DNA from: Felis catus
Taxonomy: Eukaryota
Length of the DNA stretch: 64,000 bases
Reading direction: 5' to 3'
Assembly (NCBI RefSeq): GCF_018350175.1
Contig: NC_058368.1
Coordinates: 152,770,001-152,834,000, forward strand
Within the stretch, counting starts at the first letter, position 1; the number at the start of each line of letters is the position of its first letter. Of this stretch, positions 12,638-25,329 are shown one piece after another. A program made the translations under genes and the position numbers. A model generated the notes under the pieces. That model ran no database searches, was not told the DNA's origin, and worked only from the letters and a program-made list of their open reading frames with translations.

Positions 12638-14944
12638 GTGGGTTCCTTTTTTTGTTCAGCACATTCATTCTCTTTTCCATGGAAGTCATTTTTTGTTTAT
12701 TCTTTTAAAGTTTCCGGTGTTTCTTTTTTATCCTTTCGTTATTTTGTAGAGCTGTGTATATAGTGTGCATGGAACTTGGCTGGGAGAGGGCTCTATAGTG
12801 AACTGTGCAAATACTTAGGAGCCTTGAAGATTCCAGCTTGCTTCCTCCCACTGGTGTGATTTTAAGGGAGTTAGTCAGACTTGGGGTGCTCAGCTTTCTC
12901 GTATGTTAAATGACAAGAAATACTACTTACGTCATAGTTTTTTTAGGGTTACATGAGTGAATGAATGTAAAGTGCTTATCATAGTTCCTAGCAAGTGTCT
13001 ATGTACTTAGTGATAGTTGTTGATATTAAACTGTGAAACACTGGCTCCTTGTTCAAAACAAATAGTAGTTTGCAGTTGGAGAATATTTCAGTGTGGATTT
13101 TATATTGTGTTGATGTATTTTATGAATGAAGTGCCAAACTAGAAAAAAATTAGAATGTGTCCATTTTTTTCTTTAAAAATAAAGATTTTCTTGAATCCTC
13201 ACTTAATATTTTACATCATATGTAGGGTTTTGCATATATGAGCTAATTTTTACTTAAAACATTTTGGCAATGTCTCTTGTCTTTGAATAAGGCTGTTTGA
13301 GATAAAACTGGTATTTATAACTTGCTTCACCATAGTTTGTATTTAGAAGAATAAATAACTGTACCTCAGAAAGATAAGAAATGACAAGGATATAGCTCAT
13401 GTATTTGGACTTGTGTTTTACAGATGAGGAAACTAAGACACAGATTAGGTGACTTGACAAGGTCATACAGCTAGTTAATTGCTGTGCTGGAAACTACATA
13501 TGTTTTAGTGTGCATTACCTTTTACCTTACCCTAAACACGGGAGTTTATTTAACTTACCAGTACAAGTGTCTGAGCTGTTTTTCAACACTCTTCCCTTTT
13601 ATTGTGGTTTAGAATCTCATGTTGTCATAGCGATAATAAAAATGACTAACAGGTTGCTGTAAGTGCAGTCTAAAGACAGATCATCAACTCTCAAAAAAAT
13701 ATTTGTAATATAAAAGTCATTGTAGAAGTTAATCTTAATAATAATGACAGCAGCAATAACATTTAGTGAGTCTCTTCTGTGTGCCAGACATTTAACATTC
13801 GTTATTATACTTCATTTGAACACTAGTCCTATAAAGTGGGTATAATAGTATACACCTCATATTCTCACAAGGAGACTGAATTTCTGATAAATTAAGTAGC
13901 ACACAATTATTCATAGTGGAGCTTAAACACAATGCTGTGTGAACTCAAAGTCCATTACTAGTGTATAGGGAAATCTGTGAGAAGAAAACATGTTTTACTT
14001 GAATTTAATCTGCTGCATAACTTGACATTGTAGGAACTTTTGGTAAATATTTCACATGATTTGAGTTGAAAGAATAATGACTTTGAGTACCAATGTCCAT
14101 GTGAGAGAAGCAAATTGATCAGAGAACCTGACTCTATCTCAGCTTATAGGTGGAAATTGGATTTTTAGAGATAATAGTTGAAATGAGGAAAATTAATAAG
14201 GTCTTTGTGGATAGAGAAAGAAAAGCAAGGTGTTAAAGATGGAGCCATGTGGAACACCATGCTGAAGTGCTGGGAAAGAAAAAAGACCTTTTGGGAGAGA
14301 GAGAAGGCTCTCCCCGAGGTGGGAAGAGACTGAGAGAAGATTGTGTTTTCATTCATTATCAGAAGAAGAAAGTAACATGGGGAGCAAGTGAGATTAGATT
14401 CCTAAATGGGCTGGAGGAAACAGTAGTAAATGTAGAGGATTTTAAAGGACAACTTGGGATGGGAAACAAATATCTAAGAACGTGGAAGTGTTCGGGCAGT
14501 GCTCCTCCAAGTAGGGTCCTCAAATCAGTGCCCATCCACAAAGTGCTTGCTTTGTGGCAAGATAAGTTTAGAAGTTGAAATAAGCCCTTCTAGAAACTTT
14601 TAAAACATTTTCATTTTGTTAATAACCAAAAGCATTGTCTGTGGGCTTGTAATTTGTATGTATTTATGGGTTTTTTTTTTTTTGCAAAGAGAAAAAAGAA
14701 CTAGTAATTAAAATCAGTAGGCCACTTGTGTTATTGGTCAAAAATGTGCATTATCATATTTCTCTGAAGCCATGAGTTTGGTACTGGAAATAAAACACTG
14801 ACTTACTTTCACTGCTTGCATGAGGGCTCCCTAGATTTTTCTTATTTTCTAAATAAAATTTGAGGTGAATTCGATTCCTTTACATGCTTTCCTAAACCTT
14901 TATTCATAAGTTTTTTCAAGAGTCTAAATTAATTCTCTTTTTCC

Positions 14945-15161
14945 CTTTTTTTTAAATGTTTATTTATTTTTGAGAGAGAGAGAGAAAGACAGAGCATGAG
15001 CAGGGGAGGGGCAGAGAGAGACGGAGACACAGAATCTGAAGCAGGCTCCAGGCTCTGAGCTGTCAGCCCAGAGCCCGATGCAGGGCTCGAACTCACAAAC
15101 TGTGAGATCCTGAGCTGAGCTGAGGTCAGACACTTAACTGACTGAGCCAAATAGGTGTCCC
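14945..15161 (-). mobile_element. Can-SINE (SINEC_Fc)
   Basis: acacagaatctgaagcaggctccaggctctgagctgtcag signature. Confidence 0.92.
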
Positions 15162-15332
15162 TATTTTCTTTTTTCAAAAACATTATATTGCGCCTCAAGA
15201 ATTTAGAATTTTGTGTGTATGTTACCATAAGCTTGCACAGAGAAATGTGTATCAACCATATATGTTTACCGAAGTGAATTAATGAGAATTTCATGGTGAT
15301 TCTTCAAGATAACTGCTGCACAAACAGTAAAA

Positions 15333-15545
15333 GGCGCCTGGGTGACTCAGTTGATTAAACATCTGACTTCGGCTCAGGTTATGATCTTGCAGTTTGTTGG
15401 TTCGAGCCCTGTGTCGGGCTCTGTGCTGACAGCTCAGAGCCTGGAGCCTGCTTCAGATTCTGTGTCTCCCTCTCACTCTCTGCCCTTCCCCCACTTAGGC
15501 TCTGTTTCTCTCTCAAAATGAATAGACATTAAAAAAAATTTAAAC
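15333..15545 (+). mobile_element. Can-SINE (SINEC_Fc)
   Basis: ggcgcctgggtgactcag...gctgacagctcagagcctggagcctgcttc. Confidence 0.92.
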
Positions 15546-15799
15546 AGGGTAAAAAAAATCATGCCATGTGGACTTAACTAGTGTTAACCCTGCTTTTGGC
15601 CTAGTGTTGGAGTTTCATTTATGTGTTTAGGTTTAAAATGTGGACTATCCTGAACTTCTGGCTCTGGAATACCTTTTTTAGTTCGTGGAGAGGAATTGCC
15701 TCCGTGCTTAACAATGTACTGAATTCTGTAGAATTCTATTTCTTCTTTTTGTTGTAAAGCAATTGGACAGATGCCCTATGGCAAATAATTACTTTCTTT

Positions 15800-16038
15800 C
15801 TTTTTTTTTTTTAATTTTTTTTCAATTTTTTTTCAATTTTTTTTTTTTTTTTTGGGACAGAGAGAGACAGAGCATGAACGGGGGAGGGGCAGAGAGAGAG
15901 GGAGACACAGAATTGGAAACAGGCTCCAGGCTCTGAGCCATCAGCCCAGAGCCTGACACGGGGCTCGAACTCACGGACCGCGAGATCGTGACCTGGCTGA
16001 AGTCGGACGCTTAACCTACTGCGCCACCCAGGCGCCCC
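15800..16038 (-). mobile_element. Young Can-SINE (SINEC_Fc)
   Basis: CpG-rich, long T tail, near-TSD aaata(a)ttacttt. Confidence 0.93.
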
Positions 16039-19000
16039 AAATATTACTTTGTTTCAAATGGAATGGACAAATTTAAAAATAGGGGGCAATAGATTTTTAC
16101 TGTGGTTGAAAACTATATGTGTGCCAGTTATAAATACATGTTAGATGTGTCACTCGGTCATCAACTCAGCAGCATCCTAATCATCATGCCATATTCACTG
16201 GATTTAAAAATGTGCCTTTTTTCAGAGACAGTTTGAATCTTTTTTAGGGGGAGATTTGAACAAGAAATGCAATTTTTAAACATAACAGAGCTGCTATAGA
16301 GTAGACACACTCAACATTTTTCTCAATTGTTCATATTGACAGTTTGTGTTGCACATGATTCATATCCCTATATAATTAGTTTAAGTCATTTTCTGTTTAT
16401 GTTAGAGGGCAGTTAATTTGGATGGTCCATATATATATATATATATAGCATGTGTACATGTATCTGTTAAAATACATTTCCTTTGTTTTAATTTCCATTA
16501 TTATTGGACACGGTATAGTTGAGGTTTATCTTTTAGAAAGACTCCTGGTTTGTTTTGGGAACAGGTAGACGAAACAAAACACTTAAAGTTGTTAAAATAC
16601 ATTTTACATTTATATTTCTTAATCTGCATTAGGCTAGGCCTAGATGCTATATGATAGATCTTCTGTTTTAGAGTTCTATGGTATCACCAACTTTTGGTGG
16701 ACTCTGCATTTTATATCAAAATGATCTTCTGTGAATGTCATCAGACTCTCCTGTAGGTAAGGGCATTGCTTAGGCTTTCTTTCTGGGCAAAAACTAGAAG
16801 GCACTGTGGCATAGCACCTAGCAAAATATTTATATGACAATTATAACTTGCCCTCCTTTTGCATTCCTTTTGTCCTTGCCTTTTATTCTTAAAAGGCTAA
16901 GCACCTGTTTCTAAGTCTTCCTTTTCCTGTGACTGTTTCTTGACTCCTCATTCAGGTAGAGGGTAACTCTGATAATTTTTCCCAGGAAGCATATTAAATG
17001 GACCTGGTTCCTGGGAGTCTTTCCTAAAGAGGCAATATCACTACTGTCATTTTGATTATTTGTTAGGAAAATTTTTCACACTCTTTATGCTTTTTCACAT
17101 GATTTACAGTGGGCTTACATGATTGTATTTAAGGAATACTTTCTTTACCATTTATTTATATGTGTGTGTTTGTGTGTGTATCCTGCTTCAAGCTGTGTTT
17201 CTTGCAGTATTGTCTTGCAAGTTACTTGCATGGTAACTTGTTACATTTTTAAAGGTGGTATCAAATGGGTGTTTTTAGACTTTGAGCATTTTTATGCGCA
17301 TTAAGTTTGTAGGAGGACTTTACTTTTTTTCTCTCCTTAGCATTTCATTTTTATTTTCACTTTTTAATGGTATATTTTCCCACAGATCTCCGTGTACAAT
17401 CTTGTAGTCATATATTTTATTATTATGATTATAGGTTCCCCTTAAACGTGGATCTTTATTGACCTACATTTTGTTTTCTTGCCACTTGTGTTCATAATGC
17501 ATTTTTAGCATTTGATCAAACTTCTGTAATTTTCTTCTTTCACTATTAGTAAGTTTTGGGACTTAAAAAATTTTAAAAAACCATGACTATAAACCTTTTT
17601 ATTTGTGTCACCAGACCACACTGTAGGTGAAACTGCTTATTAATTACTCCAAGGTTTTCTTTATGTCTCTCAGTTAATAAACCCTTCATTGAATACAGAG
17701 CTGCCCTATGAGAAATTCTAGAAGGTATACAATAGAGGAACTCTAGGATTTCATAGTGGTGCCTGTCTTTTGTTCATATGAATTCTACAAGTATATAAAT
17801 TTTGAATGATATCTGGGCAGTTATGGCTCATTCTACAGGCTTTCTTTCACTAACCTTGAGATAAATTGATTCCTAACTAGCAGTCCCTATATGGTTCAAA
17901 AAAAAAAATTTGTTCTCAGACATAGTCTACTAATGTAATGGTGATTAATTTTTTCTTGTATTAAACCACTGAAAAATATATACATTAAAGTATCTGGGAA
18001 ATCTTATTTAGAAGTCTGATACTTTTGCCTTATGTTTTCCACTCTCCCCAGAAAATTAATTGCCCTAAAATTAATTATGAGTGCTTAACTTTAGCATGAA
18101 ATTTTTATCTTGTTTTTTAGTAACTGGAATTAAGATAAACTTTAAGTTAATTAATCCATGATATTTTAAGAAACATTTCTCTTAGAAAATACCTTCAGAA
18201 ATAAAAAAACATTGTAGTAATTTAAAAACTATTAGAAAAATATTAGAAAATGTAAACATATTTTGTCTTATTTCTCCTCTCCTTGTTTAAAGAGTGTTAG
18301 AAGTGTTTGCTTATTGGATAACTAAGTAAAAGTGATACTTGCAGTGAATATGCATGAATTTCAACTATAAGTCTATGCCACAAATTTAAATAACTCGTGT
18401 TCTTTTAAAGTCTTTGGAACACCATTCCATTTATCTTTTCATTAAAAATTATTTTTTTAGTGATATAGTTCATTAACTTTGTGTTCATCATCATCTGTGA
18501 CTTTTGAATTGAGCATATGTTCTCAACAAGCAATGTGGCCATCAGCAATACTTCCTAGGAACTTACTTTCCTCTTTGAGTAGTTGAAAAGAAATGATTGT
18601 CATGATTTTCTTCAATTTTACAAAGTATTATGTAAGGATAAAAGCCAAGAATGGAAAGTATCTAAAATACCTCAATCATCCAGGAAGGAAGACCGTAACT
18701 TTGGTGAAGTTACAGAGGCTGATGTACAAATTTGACACCTTTCCTTTGTATTTCTTTTTATAAAACAAAATCATTGATGGTATATGTAAGTTACAATTTG
18801 AAGAAATGTGATTTTCAGGTATTTGCAAGCATTTTTATGCATGCATTGTGTAAAATCACATTGCATATCAGTGTAAGGAATTTGTGTCCTTTTGAGAAGT
18901 AAAGGAAGAATTTACTTGTGTTATTACTAGTTTTGACCATAGGACTTTTTTCCCCTTTAATTTACAGAACATTTATGTTCTGGTGCATGTTTTGGAGTGT

Positions 19001-19279
19001 ATGAAAGTTTGTGTTTCCCATTTTAGCATGTGTTTTTGGTAACTTCTACATATTGAACTTCCTGAAGTTCTACTAAATGAAAGTATTTAAAAGTGGGATC
19101 CCTATGTTAATAAACAATAAGCATGTATAAAGCTTCTGGAAAATTCAAAACAGGACAGCCTTTTAATGTTCATAGAAAAGGTGCTGTAATAGTTGCATGT
19201 TTGGAATTGGGGTTTTGTTGGGTTCAAGTGCTATTTATTTTCTAGTAAACATTTATCAATCTTTACATTTCATTTGCAG

Positions 19280-19410
19280 GAGAAATTTTGCAATTCCATG
19301 TGGTAAGAACACCCCCTGGTCGAGGAAATGTTTCTGTTAACTGGAAAATTATTGGGGAAAATCTAGAACTCAATTTTGGTAACTCTACCGGACAACTCTT
19401 CTTTCCTGAG
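19280..19410 (+). CDS. ADGRV1: ADGRV1 exon (~35), GEILQFHVVR...LFFPE
   Basis: ttgcag acceptor, GAG|gtatta donor, 131 nt, phase 1->0. Confidence 0.93.
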
Positions 19411-19461
19411 GTATTACTACAAAGAAAAGATTTAACACAGCTATGTAGGGAAAACAATGTA

Positions 19462-19696
19462 AGTAAAACCTTGGTTTGCGAGCATAATTCATCCTGGAAA
19501 CATGCTTATAATCCAAAGCACTCATATATCAAAGTGAATTTCAAGAACCATTGGCTCACTTATGATCATGTGACATTCAGCGTCATGTACTATTCGTTTT
19601 GCAAGACATTGCTTGTTTATCAAGTTAAAATTTATTAGAAATGTTTACTTGTGGAACACTTGCAAAACAAGTTACTCACAATCCAAGGTTTTACTA
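19462..19696. mobile_element. Non-autonomous Tc1/mariner (Tigger/pogo-like) MITE, copy 1
   Basis: TIRs agtaaaaccttgg.../...ccaaggttttacta flanked by TA; homologous to 30709-30985. Confidence 0.8.
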
Positions 19697-19831
19697 TATT
19701 TTGAAGAAAATGGGAAAACTCTTAATTATGTAAAACAAGAATTAACAGAGATTGATGTGAGAGTTCTCTTTGAAACCTAGAGGAAGAACATTACTCGAAG
19801 AATATCTAAGATTTAAAAAGTGCCCGGGGCA

Positions 19832-19978
19832 GGGTGCCTTGATGGCTGTCAGTTAAGGCTCCGTCTCCTGATTTTGGCTCAGTTCATCTCACAATTCATG
19901 AAATTGAGCCCTGCATTGGGCTCTGCGCTGACCGCTGCTTGGGATTCTCTCTCTCTGCCCCTCCACTGCACATGCGCG

Positions 19979-20020
<42 letters not shown>

Positions 20021-20035
20021 ATAAATAAATAAATA
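19832..20035 (+). mobile_element. Can-SINE
   Basis: gggtgccttgatggct head, (CT)n, aaaataaataaat tail. Confidence 0.88.
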
Positions 20036-20904
20036 TATTTTAGAAAGTGAGTTTGTTTTTCCTGTGTCTTTGGCAGACTCACTTGAAGGAAATCATATAT
20101 ATCAACTTTGTATTTGAACCAAGCTCTCTTGCTGCTCTCCTGCCCTCCCACTTCTGGTGTCCACCGTGTCATTCTGAACAGGATGGATAGTGCTTGTCCT
20201 TTTCTGTTACTCCTCACTGTCTTGGAACTTTAAACGCAAGACAGTAACAAATTTAGCTCTTAAGTATCTTTTTATGTCTTGTTCACACTGAATTTTTGAG
20301 GTTCCATTTAGAAGCTCTTTCTGATAGATTGAAAGAAGGTGATTGGTGGGAAATAACTTTATAAGAGCATTTCTTGGATAGAAAATCAGCACCATTTAAT
20401 TATAACTCTCCCATCTTCACCTCTTTTCTGTACTCAGTATGAATTCTTGTTTGATAGTGCGTTTCATTCTTTTTCTTCCTCATTTCCATTCCCTTGATAT
20501 TAAGCCACGTTCCATAACTTTCTGCCTCGAGTACTGCATTGGCCTTCTCGTACCTACTTTTCCTGCAACACGGCCTTTTTCATCGTTCCCCTTTTTCCTA
20601 TTCACCACTGCCATAGAAATCTCCCCAACGTATTGCTTTGTCGTACATTTTTAGTAGAGCTACATTGCATATTCGATAAGATCGACATTCAGTAGCTCAG
20701 CATTCAGGATCCTCTGTAATTAGCTGCTGTCTACTTTCAGCCTGGTTTCCCCATGAGTCAATGGTTTTTATTTATTTTTTAATCCACAGGCTGCTTGTTT
20801 AAATGAAAATTTATTTAGATGCATAATTTATAAAGCCAATAAAAGCAAGAGATATTTTGTGTTCAGTGGCAATGGAAGGATGAACTTCTTTCTGTTTGTC
20901 ATAG

Positions 20905-21004
20905 GGGTCATTGAATAAAACGATATTTGTGCATTTGTTTGATGACAACATTCCTGAAGAGAAAGAAGTATACCAAGTCCTTCTCTACGATGTCAGGACA
21001 CAAG
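20905..21004 (+). CDS. ADGRV1: ADGRV1 exon (~36), GSLNKTIFVH...DVRTQ
   Basis: tcatag acceptor, AAG|gtaatt donor, 100 nt, phase 0->1. Confidence 0.94.
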
Positions 21005-21656
21005 GTAATTCAAAATTCAATTTAAAATTTTTTCTAGCAGATTGTTCTTTTTAGAAAATAATACTTGCTATGTCTATATTTAACAACTAGATGCATACTA
21101 ATTAAGAAATATTACTTTATTTTTTGAAGGTATTTCTTTAAATATTGTCGGTTTCATAAAAATGTTAGATCTAAAACAATCAGCTCAAAATGGGAATTCT
21201 TCTCTTTGTGGATTCAGGAAATACCTCTAGAAGTTTTGCTAAATATTTTCTTCTGGAATAAAATACATTTCCAAAGAATAATTTTTCTGTAATTAATTTA
21301 TATTAGGAGACCAATTTGGATTTGGGCCAGTTATATAGATAGCTCCAATCTAATCATTTTGAGTATATTATCTGGGTACTTCCTTTAATTTCTACTCAAT
21401 TTCTGTAATTCGGATGATTATTGTAGCAAATGATGATAGTATGTCAAGTGAAAATATTTTATGATTTACTTTCTAGGAAAAGAAAACTAAAATGTAGGTT
21501 CTGTTTGTCAACGTGAAGATTTCTGTTACAGGGTTGAATGAAATAGAACACTTTTTGGGCGCTTCAATATGTTTCAGAGGGTGGGGTTATAATTTAAGTA
21601 TTTAGAAGTTAATGCCAAATCACTGTTAGATTTCTTGTGATCCCTGATGTTTTTAG

Positions 21657-21836
21657 GGGTTCCACCAGCAGGAATTGCTCTGCTGGATGCTCAAGGATAT
21701 GCAGCTGTCCTGACTGTAGAAGCCAGTGATGAACCGCATGGAGTTTTAAATTTTGCTCTTTCATCAAGATTTGTTTTGCTACAGGAGGCTAACATGACAG
21801 TTCAGCTTTTCATCAACAGAGAATTTGGATCTCTAG
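21657..21836 (+). CDS. ADGRV1: ADGRV1 exon (~37), GVPPAGIALL...REFGSL
   Basis: ttttag acceptor, TAG|gtttgt donor, 180 nt, phase 1->1. Confidence 0.94.
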
Positions 21837-22078
21837 GTTTGTGTTACTGTAGAGTGAATGGGGTTTCCAGGCAGGTGCTCTTTCAGTATTCTACGTGTGT
21901 GGATGAAAGCCATTGCTAAAATAAATCAGAGACAGGAGAGACAATTTACTATTTGTTAATTCAGAACAAGACTTTATAACTTTTTTATTTTTGAAGTTTA
22001 TTTATTTATTTCTTTAGTAATCTCCACACCCACCGTGGGGCTCAAACCCACAGCCCTGAGCTCAAGTCACATGTTTTT

Positions 22079-22465
22079 TTTTTTTAAATTAATTAATTAA
22101 TTAATTTTTAAATTTACTCCAAGTTGGTTAGCATATAGTGCCACAATGATTTCAGGAGTAGATTCCTTAATGCCTCTTACCCATTTAGCTCATTCCCCCT
22201 CCCACAACCCTTCCAGCAATCCTCTGTTTGTTCTTTGTATTTAAGAGTCTCTTATGTTTTGTCCCCCTCCCTGTTTTTATATTATTTTTGCTTCCCTTCC
22301 CTTATGTTCATCTGTTTTATATCTTAAATTCCTCATGTGAATGACATCATATGATATTTGTCTTTGACTAATTTCGCTTAGCATAATACACTCCAGTTCC
22401 AGCCACGTAATTGCAAATGTCAAGATTTCATTCTTTTTGACTGCCGAGTAATAGTCCATTGTATG

Positions 22466-22519
<54 letters not shown>

Positions 22520-25268
22520 CACCACATCTTCCTTATCCATTTATCCATCGATGGACATTTGGGCTCTTTTCATACTTTGGCTGTTGTTGATAGTGCTGCT
22601 ATAAACATTGGGGTGCATGTGCCCCTTCAAAACAGCACACCTGTATCCTGTAGATAAATATCTAGTAGTGCTATTTGCTGGGTTGTAGGGTAGGTCTATT
22701 TTTAATTTTTTGAGGAACCTCCATACTATTTTCCAGAGTGGCTATACCAGTGTGCATTCCCACCAGCAATGCAAAAGAGATCCTCTTTCTCCACATTCTT
22801 GCCAACATGTGTTGTTGCCATGTTGTTAATGTTGGCCATTCTGACAGGTGTGAGGTGGTATCTCATTATGGTTTCCATTTTTTTTTTAATTTTTATTTTT
22901 TAAAATTTTATTTATTTTTAAAATGAAATTTACTGTCAAATTGGTTTCCGTACAACACCCAGTGCTCATTCCAATAGGTGCCCTCCTCAATGCCCATCAC
23001 TCACTTTCCCCTAACCACCCCCGCCATCAACCCTCAGTTTATTCTCAGTATTTAAGAGTCTCTTATGGTTTGCCTCCTTCTCTCTCTGTGACTTTTTCCC
23101 CCCCCTCTCCTCCCCCCTGGTCTTCTGTTGAGTTTCTCAGGATCCACAAGGGGTGAAAACATACGGTATCTGTCTTTCTCTGCCTGACTTTTTTCACTTA
23201 GCATAACACTCTCCAGTTCTATCCATGTTTCTACAAATGGCCAGATTTCATTCTTTCTCATTGCCAAGTAGTATTCCATTGTATATATAAACCACATATT
23301 CTTTTTTTTTTAATATATGAAATTTATTGTCAAATTGGTTTCCATACAACACCCAGTGCTCATCCCAAAAAGTGCCCTCCTCAATACCCATCATCCACCC
23401 TCCCCACCCTCCCACCCCCCATCAACCCTCAGTTTGTTCTCAGTTTTTAACAGTCTCTTATGTTTTGGCTCTCTCCCACTGTAACCTCTTTTTTTTTTTC
23501 CTTCCCTTCCCCCATGGGTTTCTGTTAAGTTTCTTAGGATCCACATAAGAGTGAAACCATATGGTATCTGTCTTTCTCTGTATGGCTTATTTCACTTAGC
23601 ATCACACTCTCCAGTTCCATCCACGTTGCTACAAAAGGCCATATTTCATTCTTTCTCATTGCCACGTAGTATTCCATTGTGTATATAAACCACAATTTCT
23701 TTATCCATTCATCAGTTGATGGACATTTAGGCTCTTTCCATAATTTGGCTATTGTTGAGAGTGCTGCTATAGACACTGGGGTACAAGTGCCCCTATGCAT
23801 CAGCACTCCTGTATCCCTTGGGTAAATTCCTAGGAGTGCTATTGCTGGATCATAGGGTAGATCTATTTTTAGTTTTTTTGAGGAAGCTCCACACTGTTTT
23901 CCAGAGCCGCTGTACCAGTTTGCATTCCCACCAACAGTGCAAGAGGGTTCCCGTTTCTCCACATCCTCTCCAGCATCTATAGTTTCCTGATTTGTTCCTT
24001 TTGGCCACTCTGAACGGTGTGCGGTGGTATCTCAGTGTGGTTTTGATTTGTATTTCCCTGATGAGGAGTGACATTGAGCATCTTTTCATGTGTCTGTTGG
24101 CCATCTGGATGTCTTCATTGGATAAGTGTCTTCTGTTCATGTCTTCTGCCCATTTCTTCACTGGATTCTTTGTTTTTCGGGTGTGGAGTTTGGTAAGTTT
24201 TTTATAGATTTGGGATATTAACCCTTGATTCGATATGTCATTTGCAAATATATTCCCATTCTGTTGGTTGCCTTTTAGTTTTGTTGATTGTTTCCTTTAC
24301 AGTGCAGAACATTTTCATCTTGATGAGGTCCCAGTAGTTCATTTTTGCATTTAATTCCCTTGCCTTTGGAGATGTGTCAAGTAAGAAATTGCTGTGGCTG
24401 AGGTCAGAGAGTTTTTTCCTGCTTTCTCCTCTAGGGTTTTGATAGTTTCCTGTCTGACATTCAGGTCCTTCATCCATTTTGAGTTTATTTTTGTGAATGG
24501 TGTGAGAAAGTGGTCTAGTTTCATTCTTCTGCCCGTTGCTGCCCAGTTCTCCCAGCACCATTTGTTAAAGAGACTTTTTTTTCATTGGATATTCTTTCCT
24601 GCTTTGTCCAAGATTTGTTGACCATACATTTGTGGGACCAATTTGACAATAAATTTCATATATTAAAAAAAAAAGAATATGTGGTTTATATATACAATGG
24701 AATACTACTTGGCAATGAGAAAGAATGAAATCTGGCCATTTGATGTTGACCATACATTTTTGGACCCACAAATTGCATCTCTATCCTATTCCATTGGTCT
24801 ATGTGTCCATTTTTGTGCCAATACCATGCTTTTTTGATGATTACAGCTTTGTAGTAGAGGCTAAAGTCTGGGATTGTGATGCCTCCCTCTTTGGTTTTCT
24901 TCTTCAATGTGACTTTGGCTATTTGGGGTCTTTTGTGGTTCCATATGAATTTTAGTATTGCTTGTTCTAGCTTCGAGAAGAATGCTGGTGCAATTTTGAT
25001 TGGGATTGCATTGAATGTGTAGATTGCTTTGGGTAGTATTGACATTTTAACAATATTTATTCTTCCAGTCCATGAGCACAGAATGTTTTTCCATGGTTTC
25101 CATTTGTATTTCCCTCATGATGAATGATATTGAGCATTTTTTTCATGTATCGGTTGGCCATCTGGATGTCTTCTTTACATCCAGAGAAGTGTCCCATTCT
25201 TGTCTTTTGCCCATTTCTTCACTGGATTATTTGTTTTTTGGGTGTTGAGTTTGATAAGTTCTTTATAG
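22079..25268 (-). mobile_element. Older 5'-truncated carnivore L1 (22079-22880 plus 25093-25268), interrupted by younger L1 sequence
   Basis: ORF2 C-terminal-like translation on - strand; sequence continuous across TSD atggtttccattt (22868-22880 / 25093-25105); (TA)n at ~22474-22512. Confidence 0.85.
22881..25092 (-). mobile_element. Composite L1_Fc-type insertion: two tandem 3' ends (22881-23300; 23302-25092) with internal rearrangement
   Basis: ORF2 fragments ([31 protein letters not shown]), two 3'UTR/poly(A) ends, one bounding 13-bp TSD. Confidence 0.88.
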
Positions 25269-25329
25269 AGTCACATGCTTTTCTGACTCAGCCAGCCAGA
25301 TGCTCCTAACTTCCTTATTTTTGAAAGAT

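Larger units (their letters stand above)
21983..25307 (-). mobile_element. Short Can-SINE split by an L1 insertion (halves ~21983-22073 and ~25269-25307)
   Basis: SINE body stops at agtcacatg(t)tttt 22065 and resumes at agtcacatg(c)tttt 25269, which is the TSD of the inserted L1. Confidence 0.8.
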
